Shown here in pieces: positions 12,421 to 26,643 of a DNA stretch of 64,000 bases. Under the pieces are notes generated by a model. The model saw only the letters and a program-made list of their open reading frames with translations, was not told the origin of the DNA and did not search any database. Each line of letters opens with the position of its first letter. Position 1 is the stretch's first letter. This stretch comes from Harriotta raleighana (taxonomy: Eukaryota): assembly GCA_050575255.1 (NCBI GenBank), contig JBNZDD010013673.1, positions 3,712,194 through 3,776,193 on the forward strand, given 5' to 3'. The position numbers and the translations under genes were made by a program.

Positions 12421-13269
12421 GATTGAGAAAACAAATTATTAATTTTATTGGAGGGATTATTATCCCTGGAAAGCGATCCCAATCGATTAACAAGTGTATT
12501 TCTACTTACCTCTAGGTAAAAAGAGACATGTATGTGGAGTAAGAAAACTATACAGAAACCTTTTTTTTAGTGGGATATAAACGGGTGTCATTTTTTTCTT
12601 GATTTTTAAAGAAAGAAAATCAAACCAAGCCTGTATTAATAAGGTACCAATGACTAAATAAGTGCTCAGACATAAATTTAATGTCATCTTTGCTCTAAAT
12701 AAATCCTATATTATCTTGTTGGAGGTAACATGAGCTAAATTGAATAAGCATAAGAAGAAACTGGAGATGACACAAATGTGTGTATTGAATAAGATAAGTG
12801 ATGATTGCCTTTCAGGCAAGAAGACAAACTACAATATTGTACCATGATTTTAAAAAGTCTTAAATGAACAGCTATAAAGTTGCTGATTAGTTTTGTATAT
12901 ACAACAGTTCTGTCTAGGTTCTTCTGAAAAACGTTTTGAAGAGATTGAAACTAGATTTCTTGCTGGGTTTATAAATTCATTATTTTCTTGGAAGTGTGAA
13001 ACAATAACAATAAGTTTCTTTAAAAAAATTCAAGTCAGAGCATATTCAGCACACATTAATTGTTTGCTTTGTTTCTATTGTCCGCTGTACTTTCAAGATG
13101 GAATTTGTTAAAGTGTATTGATAGTATTATAAAAATTTAGAAGAGCTAAATTTTAATGTTTTAGCAAGAATTTATAATAAAATTATCAAAAGTGATGGTT
13201 TGAATCAAAATGTCAAAAGAATTGTCAGTGTCAAAATTGTCGAAGCGACGGTTTGATCCTTGGAGGCCT

Positions 13270-13445
13270 CTCCCTTGCTTTCTTCAAGACCCTCCTCTTT
13301 TCACCGTTCCTTCGATCATCCTCCTTTGCCCTCCACCCTGCCCGATCCCGAACCCCAGCTCAAGTCTGAAACACTGATTGTTCAAAACCTTGGCATATCC
13401 TCCTGATGTGAAAGCCACTATACAAATGCAATTTTGTTGTTGTTG
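13270..13445 (+). mobile_element. L2 3' tail
   Basis: tcctcctgatgtgaaagccactatacaaatgcaatttt(gtt)n. Confidence 0.7.
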
Positions 13446-14549
13446 ACATCATGCTAACACATATTGATGTAAAAATGTATCTACCATGCTTTCAAGACTG
13501 AAATAACAATGATGTGCTTAAATAAGACAGCACAATTTTTTTTTAAGGGGGATGTAAAAGGGTGTCATTTTTCACTTCTGCTAATTATTTGTAGTTAGTG
13601 ACATTTTGATGTATGGGGTGATGCTAGCAGATTATTTTATAAATGTGGGAGTTGAAAGAATAGATCATGTTTATTATTTTATGTTCAAATGTTCGATAAT
13701 ATGCATTTTGCTAGGTTAAAAATATAAATCTACATCTACCCAGTTTGAAAACTATAGTTGCTTGGTAAAAGTATTAACCACATATATACACATCAGATAC
13801 ATGTTAAATATTGGGTATCTTTGATTTTCCAGTTGTGCATCACTAGTGCGTTGCAGTGAATTATGTTTATCTTTGCATAAATTAGTTTATATTTCATGTG
13901 TTTGTATAATGAAAACAAATTTCTGCATTCACATGCTGTCAGCTTGAATTCTGATAATAACAAACATATATTTAACATTATGTTAAGCAGATAGGATTCC
14001 AGTTCGATTCCTGATAGATAATTTGAATCTGATTCAGTACTATACTACTTTACAAAACTATAAACTAGTAAACCTTTATTTGGCTTAGAAAATTAATTTC
14101 TTAGCTTGAGTCACCACACCTGTGCAGCATACATTACAGAAAGACAGAATGTTTACATTTCATCAAATTGTTTTATTGATGCATTGAATATGTTGCACTA
14201 GAGGGAAGTAGAATTGATGGGTTTAGCATCCAAGCGCTTGATGTGTTTTATTTTTTTCCCTTGTTAAAAATTTCCAGTGAGTAAAAGCAAGCTTGTCATA
14301 GTGATAACTCCTATTTGGAAAATTAATTGTTTGAAAATTTTACCATTTCATCTTTAATTTCTAAGAATTCATATTAAATCATGAATTAATTGATGCGTTC
14401 TTCCCCAACAGCAATCAAAAATTAAATATTCAGTATTTTAAATGTTTAAAATGATGCACAAAATTACGAGGTGTTTTAGTGGATAAAATGAAAGGTTCTC
14501 CTATGACATTGGGATTTGCTGAGCAACATAAGCAAAAAAAAACAAAATT

Positions 14550-14708
14550 TCAATCCATGACTGTTTGTGGGACACTGCTGTGCGCATTGGCTGCTAGTTT
14601 CACCCACATATATATAGTCAGTTTCACTACACAGTATCTTCCACAGTCGTCTGGAAGACGTGAAAAGCGCTACTGTATAATCAAATGCAAGGATTATTAT
14701 TATTATTA
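14550..14708 (+). mobile_element. Deu-domain SINE 3' half
   Basis: catgactgtttgtgggacactgctgtgcgcattggctgc...aaatgcaaggattattattatt. Confidence 0.8.
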
Positions 14709-14819
14709 ATCATTTGCTGCTTCAAGGATAAAGGAAGAATTGTTATAAACAGAAGTGTGGAAGCCCATTCCTACTGCTAGTTACCTTCTCTTTGTTACTG
14801 TCTGTTGATCCATACTCAT

Positions 14820-15091
14820 ACTTGGCTCTGGAACTCCATCCCCCAGTGCCTTCGCCTCGCTCCCTCCCTTTCCTCTTTCAAGGCCGGCCTCAAGACCTTT
14901 CTCTTCGACCGTGCCTTCAGCTCCCCTCTCGACTCTCTACCTCCTCCTTGCTCCCACCCTCCCCCTCCCCCCTCGCCCCGAACATTTCCCCCTGCTCGGG
15001 TCTTAAGTCATCTGTCCAGCGCCTTGGGACGTCCTCCTGACGTGAAGCGCGCTCTATAAATGTAATTTTGTTGTTGTTGTTGTTGTTGTTG
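14820..15091 (+). mobile_element. L2 3' end with (TTG)n tail
   Basis: LWNSIP...SSFKAGLKTFLF; cagcgccttgggacgtcctcctgacgtgaag tail. Confidence 0.85.
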
Positions 15092-17474
15092 ATGGGATTT
15101 GACTATACATGGGGGGGGGTCTCTTTGGAGCTGAATTGGCTCCAGAATTATATGATTGGCAATAGAATGTGAAACTCTTAAGTGGTCTCAGTAGCCAGGT
15201 ATATGCAGTACTCCAGGCACTGCTGTGGACAGACCTGGCAATCTGACTCACTAGTGAGACGTGAAGGCACTGGGGTCAAGAATTCTTCCCATTCAGCTCC
15301 TGTTAGCCTTGCAAGACAGAAAGCTAATGGCTAGATCAACCTAGCTTGACAAGTAGCGGTAATCTTGCTAACTAGTGTTTTCAATGCCAAGCTATGCATT
15401 TTCAGTTGATTAAATTCTAGTAGCATCCCAATACATACAGTTCCCAAGCCTTGCATCTTGTTGAACAACCTAAAACTTTCTGGAAGTGGGTAAGCATGGT
15501 GCCTTTAAGGAGAGATTGCACATTCAAAGTCAAAACATTATAATTTCCACATGTAGGTGGCATACACCTTCCATCTAATTTGGATACTGTTAAGCACAGT
15601 GATGAGTTTGTGTAAGTGTCAGACACCAGAAATGTTTGGGCTGGTCAGTGAAAATTGTCTTGTGGTTGGATTGTTTGATGACAGTGATTCTTGCGTTGAC
15701 TTCTAAGAAATGGGGGAGGTAATCGAGAATTCAGATGGATACACTCATATTTCAACACTACTGCCACGAGTCATCAGTGGGTGTGGAAGAAAATGTAAAA
15801 ATTTGACTACATGTTTGTTCAGTTTGAGTTTCATCAAAGTAGTTGTGGTTTGTACTTGTGGTTTTACAGCACACTGTATATAACAGTATACAGTACTTGT
15901 ATTAAGGCAAATGTGATCAGTTTCCAAAAATACCCTTATCTATAATAAGCACAACTTTCATCCAGAAAATAATCCAAAATTGCAATTCATGGCATTATCA
16001 TTTCCAGCAAAGTTTCTTCTGTTTCAACAACAACAACAATAGAGTACTGTATGTTGGTAGCTTTGCTTCATAATAAAATTAATGACTTTTTATTTTTTAA
16101 AAAGCACCTCACCTGTTGTCCCTGTAATACAGGATTTGCATACAGCCTGAGGCTTTTGCCAGTGATATTTGATCAAGGGGTCAGAGGAATGTTGCAGATT
16201 TCCATTTTTGGTTGCACCCATTAATTTGTGCCCAGTGCCTTTATAGGCTAGCTACATTGGGATATTGTTTCTCCGAGGGCTTTGTAGGAGTGAACTTGAA
16301 CCTTCTGTGTGGTGCACCATTGGCAAGTTTACTCTTTACATCTGATTCATACTGTACTTTCGGGCTAAAGGTTTTAAAGCCTTCTAATACTGCATGATCA
16401 ATGAATTGAATTTAACGAAGGCTAACAAATGTACTTGTGTGGTGTTTAATTTGTATCTAGTAACATTAAGGCTAATGCAAATAAACATGGATGATTATTC
16501 AAGTGATGCACAACCCATATAAACAAAATAATTTGGGAGGATTTCCCAAAAAGGATATACTGTAAAGAACACTGACTGTTGTTTGTGAATATACAGGCTT
16601 ACAATGATCAGTTCCAAAGCTTCACAGTATATTTATCATTAGAATGTTGGTGAGTTTGCGGCTGTTTTAGGCTGATTATGGGTTATCTCCAGTATGCCGA
16701 CTGTCTTTCTTCTAAAAGTTCCACTGTTCTGTGTGGAAAATTGTACAGCACATGATCGAAGCACACTCTTTGTGAAATGTATGCACTCTAATTGGTTGCA
16801 AATGCTGTCTATTTTGCATAGTTTTTGAGGGAGGGGCACCATCTGTTTGCCTAGCAAGTTCTTAAAAGATACTTGATAGATTCTACCATTTTTCTTTTTA
16901 AGTGAAAGTTCACAATTTTCTGTATGATCTCTATTTTACTTATCACTAATCGTACAACCATTGCTGCTATGATGGAGTGGAGTATTGCTTTAAAATATGC
17001 TATGTGTGCATTGCTTTATGAGGAGTAGTATTAGAACTAAAGCTGGGCAGAAAATTATGGTAATTTTGGTTAATCAAATGACTTAAATATAAGGGGAATA
17101 GAAACTATTTAAATTGCTTGCCATTAATTTGCTAATTGTAATCCAAATATAAAAATAATTTGGGGATTATATTGTATCTTTTCTGCAGTACAACATATTG
17201 TTTAAACAGATTTAGTACAACATTTGGGGTTTGTGTGTTCATGATCTTACATCTGTCTTAAATCGGTCTAGATTTAATTGATGCAGATACTAAAACAGAG
17301 TACCTGAATGGATTGCATGTAGGCAATTCCTCCCCACTGAAGTTTTTTTTTCTTTCTTTAAAGACTACAGAGAAAATTGAATTTGCTGATTGCCTGGAGA
17401 GGAGGGAAGTTATGTGGTGTGAAATGTCTTTCTCAGATCAGTGAAGCCTTTTCTGTAGCTTCATACAGTTTTCC

Positions 17475-17491
17475 ATGGCTTCACAGACTGG
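17475..17491 (+). CDS. AFF4: Candidate alternative upstream coding exon of AFF4 (MASQTG)
   Basis: tccATGGCTTCACAGACTGG|GTAAGT; phase-2 end joins the exon-2 acceptor (c aac atg) in frame. Confidence 0.65.
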
Positions 17492-18652
17492 GTAAGTAGC
17501 TGTTGCTTTGAATTTGTATAATTTTATACATTTAATTTGCTTTCATTTTGCAACGCAATAGTTTTGAATGCAGAAGCCATCTAAATGTATTTTGTGTGTC
17601 AAGTTGTTAATTTGAATTGCTGTATTGTTAAATGAATTGTTAATGGAACCAGGCTATGGTAGCATACCTGGGTATGGTAAATACTTGTATGGTAGTCTGT
17701 AAAGCTGTGATCTAGAAATTCTGCAAGATGATAGATCCGTTGATCATCACAAGCAACACTCATTAGGAAAACGGGAACATGAGGCAGACATTCAGTCCAT
17801 TAAGTCTCTCACCAGGTCTCCACAGAAACGTTTAATCAAATATAAGTCTAGCATTTCCTCTGTTGACAACCATGCACAGTATATAGTCACTACACTTGGC
17901 TGTATATTCTGTGAAGCGCTTTGTTTCATCCTGAAGATGTGGTAAAACGCACAATATCAAATGCAAAAAATATTATGATATCTTTAAACTTTGAAATTAA
18001 TGGCCATATTGCAATACAAACCATACAACTGTATGGTATGGTATTTTTATGGAACTGATGAGGCCAACAGAATCTGTTTGTACAATAATTGCATAAAAGA
18101 CAACCAAGAATGTCACCCTTCAACCGGGAATATTCTAATTTAGGATGATTTATGATTAAAATGTTGAATATGAATGTTGGGGTAGAATTCCTTTGTCTTT
18201 GACTGTGTGGATTATGAAAGTTCAGCCTACCGATTGATTAACTTTCATCTTGTATCCAATGATGGAAACTTTCCGTATACTGTATATTCTCATTGCACCA
18301 TAGGAGATTATCGGTGGAGGAGTGAACTGCGTTCTACTTAGTTTGACTAAACTAGTCAATCTAAGTAGAAGTAGAATTGAAAAAAAAATGCCATTTTTTA
18401 AACTCTTGAGTGCCTTGTTTAAGCAAATTGATTCCTCGTTAAACAATAACACTTAAAATTAGATTTTTTCAAAAAAATGGTTTCACCCACATATTTACTT
18501 CACATGGAGGTAATGGAAAAAGACAAATTTGCCAAAGTTTTAGTCACATTGTATAAATGTATTTGTTTATCTCAGTGTTTTTCAGGCAGTTTCAGTTTGT
18601 TTTATACAAAGTGTATAGGTGGTGCTATAGTTGTATCAGTTCTATCTATTGT

Positions 18653-19005
18653 GGAGTTCTGTAGTTTAATGGTTAAGAGATCTTGCCTCGCAAGCGAGAC
18701 ACCTGGGTTCAATTCCCGGCAGGGTGAAAAGTTGGACAAGTTTCCTTACTTCACGCACCTATGTTTACCTGTAGGAACCTGGTTGTTTGTCGATTGACGG
18801 ATCAGTTTTCTGTGGGTAATAATTGGTCCCTCAATTCTCGACTGTTTGTGGGATACTGCTGTGCGCAATTGGCTACCGCTTTTTGTCCACGAATATTTAG
18901 TCAATTCACTTTACAGAATATTCTGTGAAGCATTTTGAGACCTCTAGAAGACATGAAAAGCACTATATGAAATGTAAGCATATTATTAATATTATTTATT
19001 ATTAT
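18653..19005 (+). mobile_element. Full-length tRNA-derived Deu-domain SINE
   Basis: A-box-like tagtttaatgg, B-box ggttcaattcc, Deu core, (ATT)n tail. Confidence 0.85.
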
Positions 19006-19047
19006 TTCCAATTGAAGATTTAGCGATGAGATTTGTGAAAGCAAGAT

Positions 19048-19158
19048 TTGCCCACAAATACACAGTCAATTTTTCCTACTTTCCTTCCCCCGACCTCTCC
19101 CTACATCGCCTTGGGAGGTCCTCCTGACGTGAAAGGCGCTATACAAATGTAATTTTGC
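19048..19158 (+). mobile_element. SINE/L2 composite 3' end
   Basis: gcccacaaatacacagtca joined to cgccttgggaggtcctcctgacgtgaaaggcgctatac. Confidence 0.7.
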
Positions 19159-22100
19159 TTGATTGTGTAACTCCTAGCAAACTGACAAACTCAGATCATT
19201 AAACTTTGTATCATATAAATCTGCCCTATGACTTAACAATCATCTGATTCAAGTGTTACAAGGCAACATTTTCTTGACAAGAATTATGTGCTTGTCAACT
19301 GCAAATAATCAGTGGTTTGAATACAAAGTTATTATTGAATATGAGTAAATACAAGCATGACTGTATAATGGAAACTGAGTTACAAAAAATAATTGTATGA
19401 TTCATCTATTGAAATGATTACTTTGAACCATCAGAATATTTACCAGACAAGGCCACATTTACATCCTGGGTTATTGTTGCATCCTATAGGTGTATCTTAA
19501 TATCCTTTCACTGCAAAAATGGTCTGGACTTTCTGGAGCATGAATGTCAAAAATGTGTAATAGAATTTAGTATTTCAGAAGAAAGGGGAAATCTGAGAGG
19601 AAAATATTCAAGCTCTGAGTGACTGAAATTTGTCTATACAACAACAAAAAAACCTGGCCTGGAATCTTGCAATGTTACCCTAGTTAGAGTTCCAACGGCA
19701 ACTTGCATAAGCATCAGCATATTGGGAGTGTTAGAGTAGTGGTTCATTCAGTTGGGAGGAACATTGTCGTAAAAATTGAACTGTTTCCTGAGAAACAACA
19801 ACGACTTGCATTTATAATAGCACCATTCACGTATCCCGGAATGCTTCTCCGTGGAACGCTTTGAATCTGACAATGAAAAACCAAAAGAAATGAAAAGCAG
19901 ATTTAAAAAATATATATATATAATAAATTGTGGACTAATCATGTGACTCATGGTGGAGTTTATTTTGTGTGATACTAAGCCTGGGAGTCCTCAGGCCTCC
20001 ATTAGGACTCTACCTTTGCATTTTAGAAAAAAGTTGTGATTGCGAAAGTAATTTCTGCAAATTTGGAAAGAATCTAATAAATTGGTGTTGAAGCTGGTGA
20101 GAAATTGATTATTTTAGCTGTTGCAAATCAAGCTGTACCTGTTGGTCTAATTTTTATTTCACTGGAAACTTTTGTTTAGCTGTGGATGTGGATAGTTCAT
20201 GGAATTTTGTGTGTCCTGGGCTAGATAAGTCGTTGTTTCAATATCGTTTGAAAAAATATTTTTTGCAGTAGTGCTGCGATCTCAGAAATTGCTTGACCTG
20301 GGGTTGGGGGCGGGGGATGAAGAGCATGTACAAAGATACTGAAAACATGTTGAAGCCTCCACCCTAGCAAGTAGCATGGAAAGTCTAGATATAAGAAGCA
20401 AGTAATGATTGCGCATGCACACAATGCATATTTAATTTAATTGTTGTGCCGTTACATGTTCTAACACTTTCAATCATCTGTATAAAGCTCTCCTTTTAAA
20501 TAAAGATTGCTTTTAATTATGGAAATTAGTTTCAGTGCTATTTGTATTTGAACTGCAGATCTGTTTGTCTGAGGTTTCTTGCTGCCATTGTTAGGTAGCC
20601 AGGTGGGAAAGATCAGAGCATAGAATTTTAGCTTACATTATCCTTGCAGAGCTATTAGTAGCTGAGATCACTTAAATAATATGGTATCTGGAACTAGGGT
20701 TTGGGTGAGTTGTTACCACACAATTGGGCAAGGCGAAGAATAACTTTCACAATTGTTAATGTTTTCAGCAGTTGATCTTGCAAGGCTCTCTAACCTCAGG
20801 AAGGAAATGTACAGATGGTTCCAACTATTTGGATCATAAAATATCTAATGGATCATAACATTTTTGATTTGTAAAATGTCTGTGCCAAGCTTCCCTAATG
20901 TCATTGTTTAAGAATCTTTGAGCCATGTCCCTTGTAAACTCCTGGGTATCCAATCAAGTGAAGACCATTTTTTGACAACGTGATGTGTTCACGGATGATG
21001 CAATTAGTGGGGTTTCTTTTGGCTGCAGGAGCTGATTATGATGGAAATACAAAAATGAATAGTTGCAAAGTCACAGTCGAATAGTGTGATTCACTTGTGA
21101 ATTATGCAAGTCTTGCATAATTGCCGTGTTCTGGACGAGTTGATTAACGCAGAATTTGCTATATCATTTTTAGCATGTGTACTGGTGCTTATAGTATACT
21201 TATCAACACCAAATTGTCCATGCTAACCTAGGAAATCATTTTGAGAATAATGTGTTAGTAATGCCCATAATGATTTATTTAGTTTAAAGTTAAAGTGTCT
21301 GTAGAACATAATTCAGTAGCATGTGTACCTTTCTAACTGAATTACAAGAGAAGTATATGTCTCACTGACAACCACTTATTTCTGTGGAGCACTTGACAAT
21401 CTTTTGCCTTGTCTGGACCATTTGAATTGTTCATTGTCAAGGTACAGTTTAATTTGTCCCATATACATTTAATACATTGCCTACATTTACAAAGAATTTG
21501 CAGAACCTAAGTTCTTTATTATCTCTGTCATCTGTTGGTTAGGGTAATGCTCAGTTAGAGATGTTACCCACATTTTGAAAGACTTATTTTGTTTAGCTGT
21601 AAGGCCTGTTTGTGGATTCATTTGTGAGAGGTTTGATGAATTGCACTTTTTTCCCCCAAATTCAAAAGTGTTACCAGTATACTTATATGTTTTTCAAGCG
21701 TAGTTTTGTAATTTTTGTGCTGGTTTCTCTATTAATCTAAATCTAAGTCTTGAGTATTGCTTACCTTGGGGGTGGGGGGAGGGAGTAATGCCTTTGAAAG
21801 AGCTGTTTTGCCCAGTAATGTGATACTTGTAATTTGTGGTTTGCAACATCTCTTGAGTTAAAATTTGTTGATCCAGGTTGCTTCAGTGCTCTTATTTTGT
21901 CTGTGTAGGTTAATTCAATTTCCTTCCACTGTCTGGCTCATTGTCATCAATTAGCTATTTTTCATTGTCAGAACTTCATGTTTACAGACAGAGAGGAAGT
22001 TCAGGTTAATTATAATTGGGTAGTGATTGTGCTGCTGTGTCTCATTTGCTAGAGGCGACACCTGGTAGGCATGGAGATCTCAGGGATCTTCTTACCCAGA

Positions 22101-22191
22101 CAAGGAATGCAGGTTCTAAAAGATACTTTCAGACCTATGCTACCAACATTTCTCTGAAAAGACAGATGGCTGTCTTTTGCTTTTCAGCAAC

Positions 22192-22311
22192 ATGAACCGT
22201 GAAGATAGAAATGCACTGCGAATGAAAGAACGAGAACGGAGAAATCAAGGAATTCAGCAGAATGAAGAAACTTTCCCTGGAAATTCCCCCCTCTTTGCTG
22301 AGCCATATAAA
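22192..22311 (+). CDS. AFF4: AFF4 exon 2, coding part (acceptor at 22187/22188; alternative donor at 22317)
   Basis: [40 protein letters not shown]; ttttcag|caacATG. Confidence 0.93.
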
Positions 22312-25063
22312 GTACAGGTACAGTAATTATGGGTGAGAAAACCTAAAATTATCTTTGAAAATGTAACCTATCAATGTCTGAAAATTTGGCATCCTGTCCA
22401 CATCCATTGTTGTAAATTGGAAGCAGTTCCACCAAATACAGAAGCAAATCTAAAACTGAATTAATCTTTAACTAGGCCTATCTTGAGTTTCATTTTACTT
22501 ATGAACCTTGGCAATGCTCTTGGTTTCTATTTGGACGTCACAGTATTTGAACATTGCTGTTTGGAATTAAAATGGTGTCTCGGATCCAAAACTAAAAAGT
22601 TGCAGATGGAGTCGATTTCTGGGTGACTTCAGTGGATTAATCGGTACCAATCACCCTTCAAGAAATGCAACTGATTAAGAGAATGTTTATGCGATAACAT
22701 GATTGGGCTCAACTGAGCTGTCAATTATCCTGCTACCAGCTGCTGTCTGGGCTCTTGGGTTTTGATTGAATGCTGGATATCTGCCACCGTCTGGGATTTG
22801 TGTCCTCATCAGAGTCACTACATTCAGGAAAGTGGGCACAGAAGAGAGAAAAGCAAAATTTAACTGAGAGCCAGACTTGTATTCTATCCTTATGTTCTGG
22901 TTAGTTTTGGTAACAAGTATTGAATTCATTGTTATATTGTCTTCAGATTATCTGATAATCAGCAACAGTATCCCTGGTGCCTGAATTAAAAAGGAATTAA
23001 GATAAATGTGGATTGAATTCACAGGGATAGGTTGAAGGCTTGTACAATACAATAAAAAAATTACATTTGTTTAACCCCCTTCACATCAGGGAGTACATCC
23101 CAAGGCATTTGTATGCCCAAATAAATTAATATTAATTTTTTCCAATCAACTATGTAGGAAATTCTTTCCTATTGTAAGAGTCAAAACTTCCAAAAAATAT
23201 TTGGAAAGTCTTACATCTTTCAGAGATTATGTTGCACAATCACCCTTCGAGAATAGCATCTGATTATTTTGGGGTAACTTTCTCATTCAGTTATGTCAAC
23301 TAACATATTTAGTTTCAAATAAAAGTAATTCTGAAGGAGTGTTCTACTATCGCTTTCACATGTGATGTGTAGTCATGCCATGCAGATTTTGCTGATATGC
23401 CAGTTTACATTGAAGCCTGTAGATGATGACGTCACATTCTTTATTGTTGTTATATAAAGGATGTCATAATAAGCAATGCATATTGCTGCGCAAAACCTCC
23501 TGGTTGTTGTTCCAGATTGCTGAGGAATTGACCTACTTCTTTATTGTTTTAAAAGTTCTGCCGATGTCAGGTTAAATACTTTATATAAGCGGGAAGCGGT
23601 GAAACTGAAAGAAGAATAGGGATCCAGATCAAGGCTTCCTTTTCTTTAATGTAAAGCATCAACGGTTTTAAAGATCTGATTATCTATAAAGTCTTTAGTC
23701 AGTCAGGATAATCTCAGACTTTGTTTATACTGCCCTTGAAGAACAAATCACATTTATATAGTGCCTTTGACATCGGAAGGATGGCCCGAGCCACTGAACA
23801 GTTAAGGATTTGACCTGAGCTCGGGTTGGAATCAAGTTGAACTTCCTGGACTGAACAGTAATGTGTTTAAGGAGTGTCCTTAAGTTTTGAGATACTGTTG
23901 TGATTCAAAATGGTTTGTACAACCTAAGAATCTAAGATGTTGGTCTATTGTCCTTGTGTATCCCACCAAGTATAAATCCCTATTCCTGATAGTACTGCAA
24001 TGAAAAACTTAAGTTTTAAAAGGTACCATAAGAGGTCATCTTCATGCTTTTCACTTGAAGCTTCTTACATATATCAAGCTCCTCCTACCCAAGGTATATT
24101 TCTAATGGTAGGTCATTATGATTATTATTGCATTTCCGTTCCTTGGAGTGGAGAAACTGATCTTGATATCATTGTGTCGCTTATCTTAAAGCGATGGTCT
24201 CCCATCTAATTTTGTTCCGTTGATGTGTGGTCGTTTGACATGTGGAGGATGTTCCATTTGAAGAACGCAGTCCTCTAAAAGCATTAAACTTTTTTGATTG
24301 AAGTCAGTATGGACATTGAGCCTGAACATGTGTTGGTTGGTGAATGTGCAAACAGATATATAGCCAAAGGTAGACTGTCTGTGGATGCCACTTGCCGAGT
24401 AGATCAGTAATTCTATGAAAAAGTCATGGCTTATTCAGTAGATTGTATTGAAAATTTGTTTTGTGTTGCAGTTTTGAATTTAAATACCTTGTGTACACTC
24501 TTTCTATGAGTAATCTATATCACCATGTACATGCTCTGTATTATATTTGATTATGTTTTTCTTGGTTCTGTAGAATTGTTACTTTAATAACTGAAAATAA
24601 TCATTGTTTAGAAATTAAGCTGGCCTTGTTTATCAATTGCCTTTTGCACAAACTATTCTGGCACATTATACCAATTATATTGTGATGCATTAATCAGTAG
24701 GTTTAGTATTGTATGCCTGTTTTCAGTTAATGGAATCTTATTACAGTAAAGAAATGACAGCACCATGATAAAACTATTCAACCTTCCGGTTTCACTGTAT
24801 AGCTCTTGGGACATGGGCCTTTGCCACGATACTCTGCACAGTGAGTTCCCTTTTAGGGAGATGTGGAGTTAATCTTGGGGTGGGGGCGGGGGTGGGTGTG
24901 GGGGGAGAGGGAGGGTGGGAAAGAACTTGAATGCTAACTTTGTGCAACTTTCCAATGGGACTGTTATACACTGTATTGATGTAATATTCATTACAATTCA
25001 ACTATATTTTAAAAATATTTAACTTATAAATTAAATTCTTTCTCACTTTTTTTTGAAAAACAG

Positions 25064-25858
25064 GGCAGATCAGAAGATAAACTTTCCAGTCGAATCCAGA
25101 GCATGTTGGGAAATTACGATGAAATGAAAGACTTGATAGGAGATAGAAAACTCATAGGCATACCCAAAGGCACTGTTCCATCAACTCCAGATGAAAAACC
25201 TGACCCGGCTTTCTTTGGTGATCAGAGACACAGTACATCTCACCAAAGCAGCAAGTGGACCCCAGTGGGTCCAGCAGCTTCTGCCCCTAGTACTTCATCA
25301 CAGTCACAAAAGAGGTCAAGTTCCAGTTTACAAAGCAGCCATGGCAGCAGCCAAAGACTTGGTGGTGGCAGCAGCAGTAGCCAGAGGCATGAACGTGATT
25401 CACACATTAGCAGTCGTAAGAGAAGTAGCCAACATGGATCTGAACATTCAAAATCACACTCAGTCAGCCCAGCTAAACCACCAACCATAAGCTCCAGTAA
25501 TTCGAGGTCTCAAGGAAGCGACCACCATAGCAAAGAGCGCCATCGGTCAAAATCACCTCGAGATCTTGATGCTACCCGGGACTCTCCGTCTCGTGTTCAC
25601 ACGTTCCCTGCCAGTGGACAACACACTTCTCAGGCTTTCACTCCTGCATTGATGTCCAAACCCAGCTCGATGCTGCAGAAGCCTACAGCCTATGTGAGAC
25701 CTATGGACGGGCAGGATCAGGCCCCCAATGAATCATTGGAACCAAAAATTCCTTCCGAGCATTATGGTAGCCAGTCTCATGGAAGCAGCCTGTCAGAGAT
25801 GAAGTCAGGCAACAAAGTGCATCTTTCGAAACTCAAAATCCCATCCCAGCCTGTAGAG
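25064..25858 (+). CDS. AFF4: AFF4 exon 3
   Basis: [23 protein letters not shown]...[14 protein letters not shown]...[10 protein letters not shown]; cag| and |gtaagc. Confidence 0.95.
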
Positions 25859-26643
25859 GTAAGCAAATGGTTCAATCTTTTCATTTACAATTTCAAATTA
25901 AGTACTTCTTTTATAACTTGAAGTTAATAAAATCATCATCTCAAATGAGAAGTATGAAAAGAAATTTAAGCACAGCTAGATATTTCAAATTTAAGGAATA
26001 AAATTGATAGGTTGGCTATCTATATCTGTCTTTATTTACCACCTGTTTACAAAATTAAGACAAACGGTTGTTGTGACCTTGTCGAGGTCAGATGAGTATT
26101 GGGAATGCAAACTTATGTAATGAAAAGCTGGAAGCTTGTTTCCTATTTTCAAAAAGGCGTTGGTCCACTCCCTACCCCGTGTGTCATTAAAAAGTAAAGC
26201 ACAGTTTTGAGTTATTTCATATATTCTAATTTAATTGGAAGATAGAATTCTAAAAGTTTATCTCCACTACTGTAGCAGCATTAGTTCAATAACCTATTGT
26301 TTTATTTTCATCTTGCCTCTTGAATGTGTAACTTCAGTTTTTTTATAATAAACCTTTCATTTGACCCAGTACCTTATCACATTGTCAAAACATCTCAATC
26401 ACATCAATTAATTTTCTGTAGAGTGCAATGACTAGAGGAATAGCACTTCTGACAATGCAGCATTCCCCCAGCACTGCATTGGAGTATCAGCCTAGACGAG
26501 CTCAAATGCTTCACGTTCTCCCATTTAGGGTAGTTCGCAAGACCATTGGATTAGTGAGGTGACATTGTGAGACATATTGAATGGAACACCATAGGTGTAC
26601 AGAGCATTAGTAGCTGATATTTGGCCACTCAAGCAATCTATTG

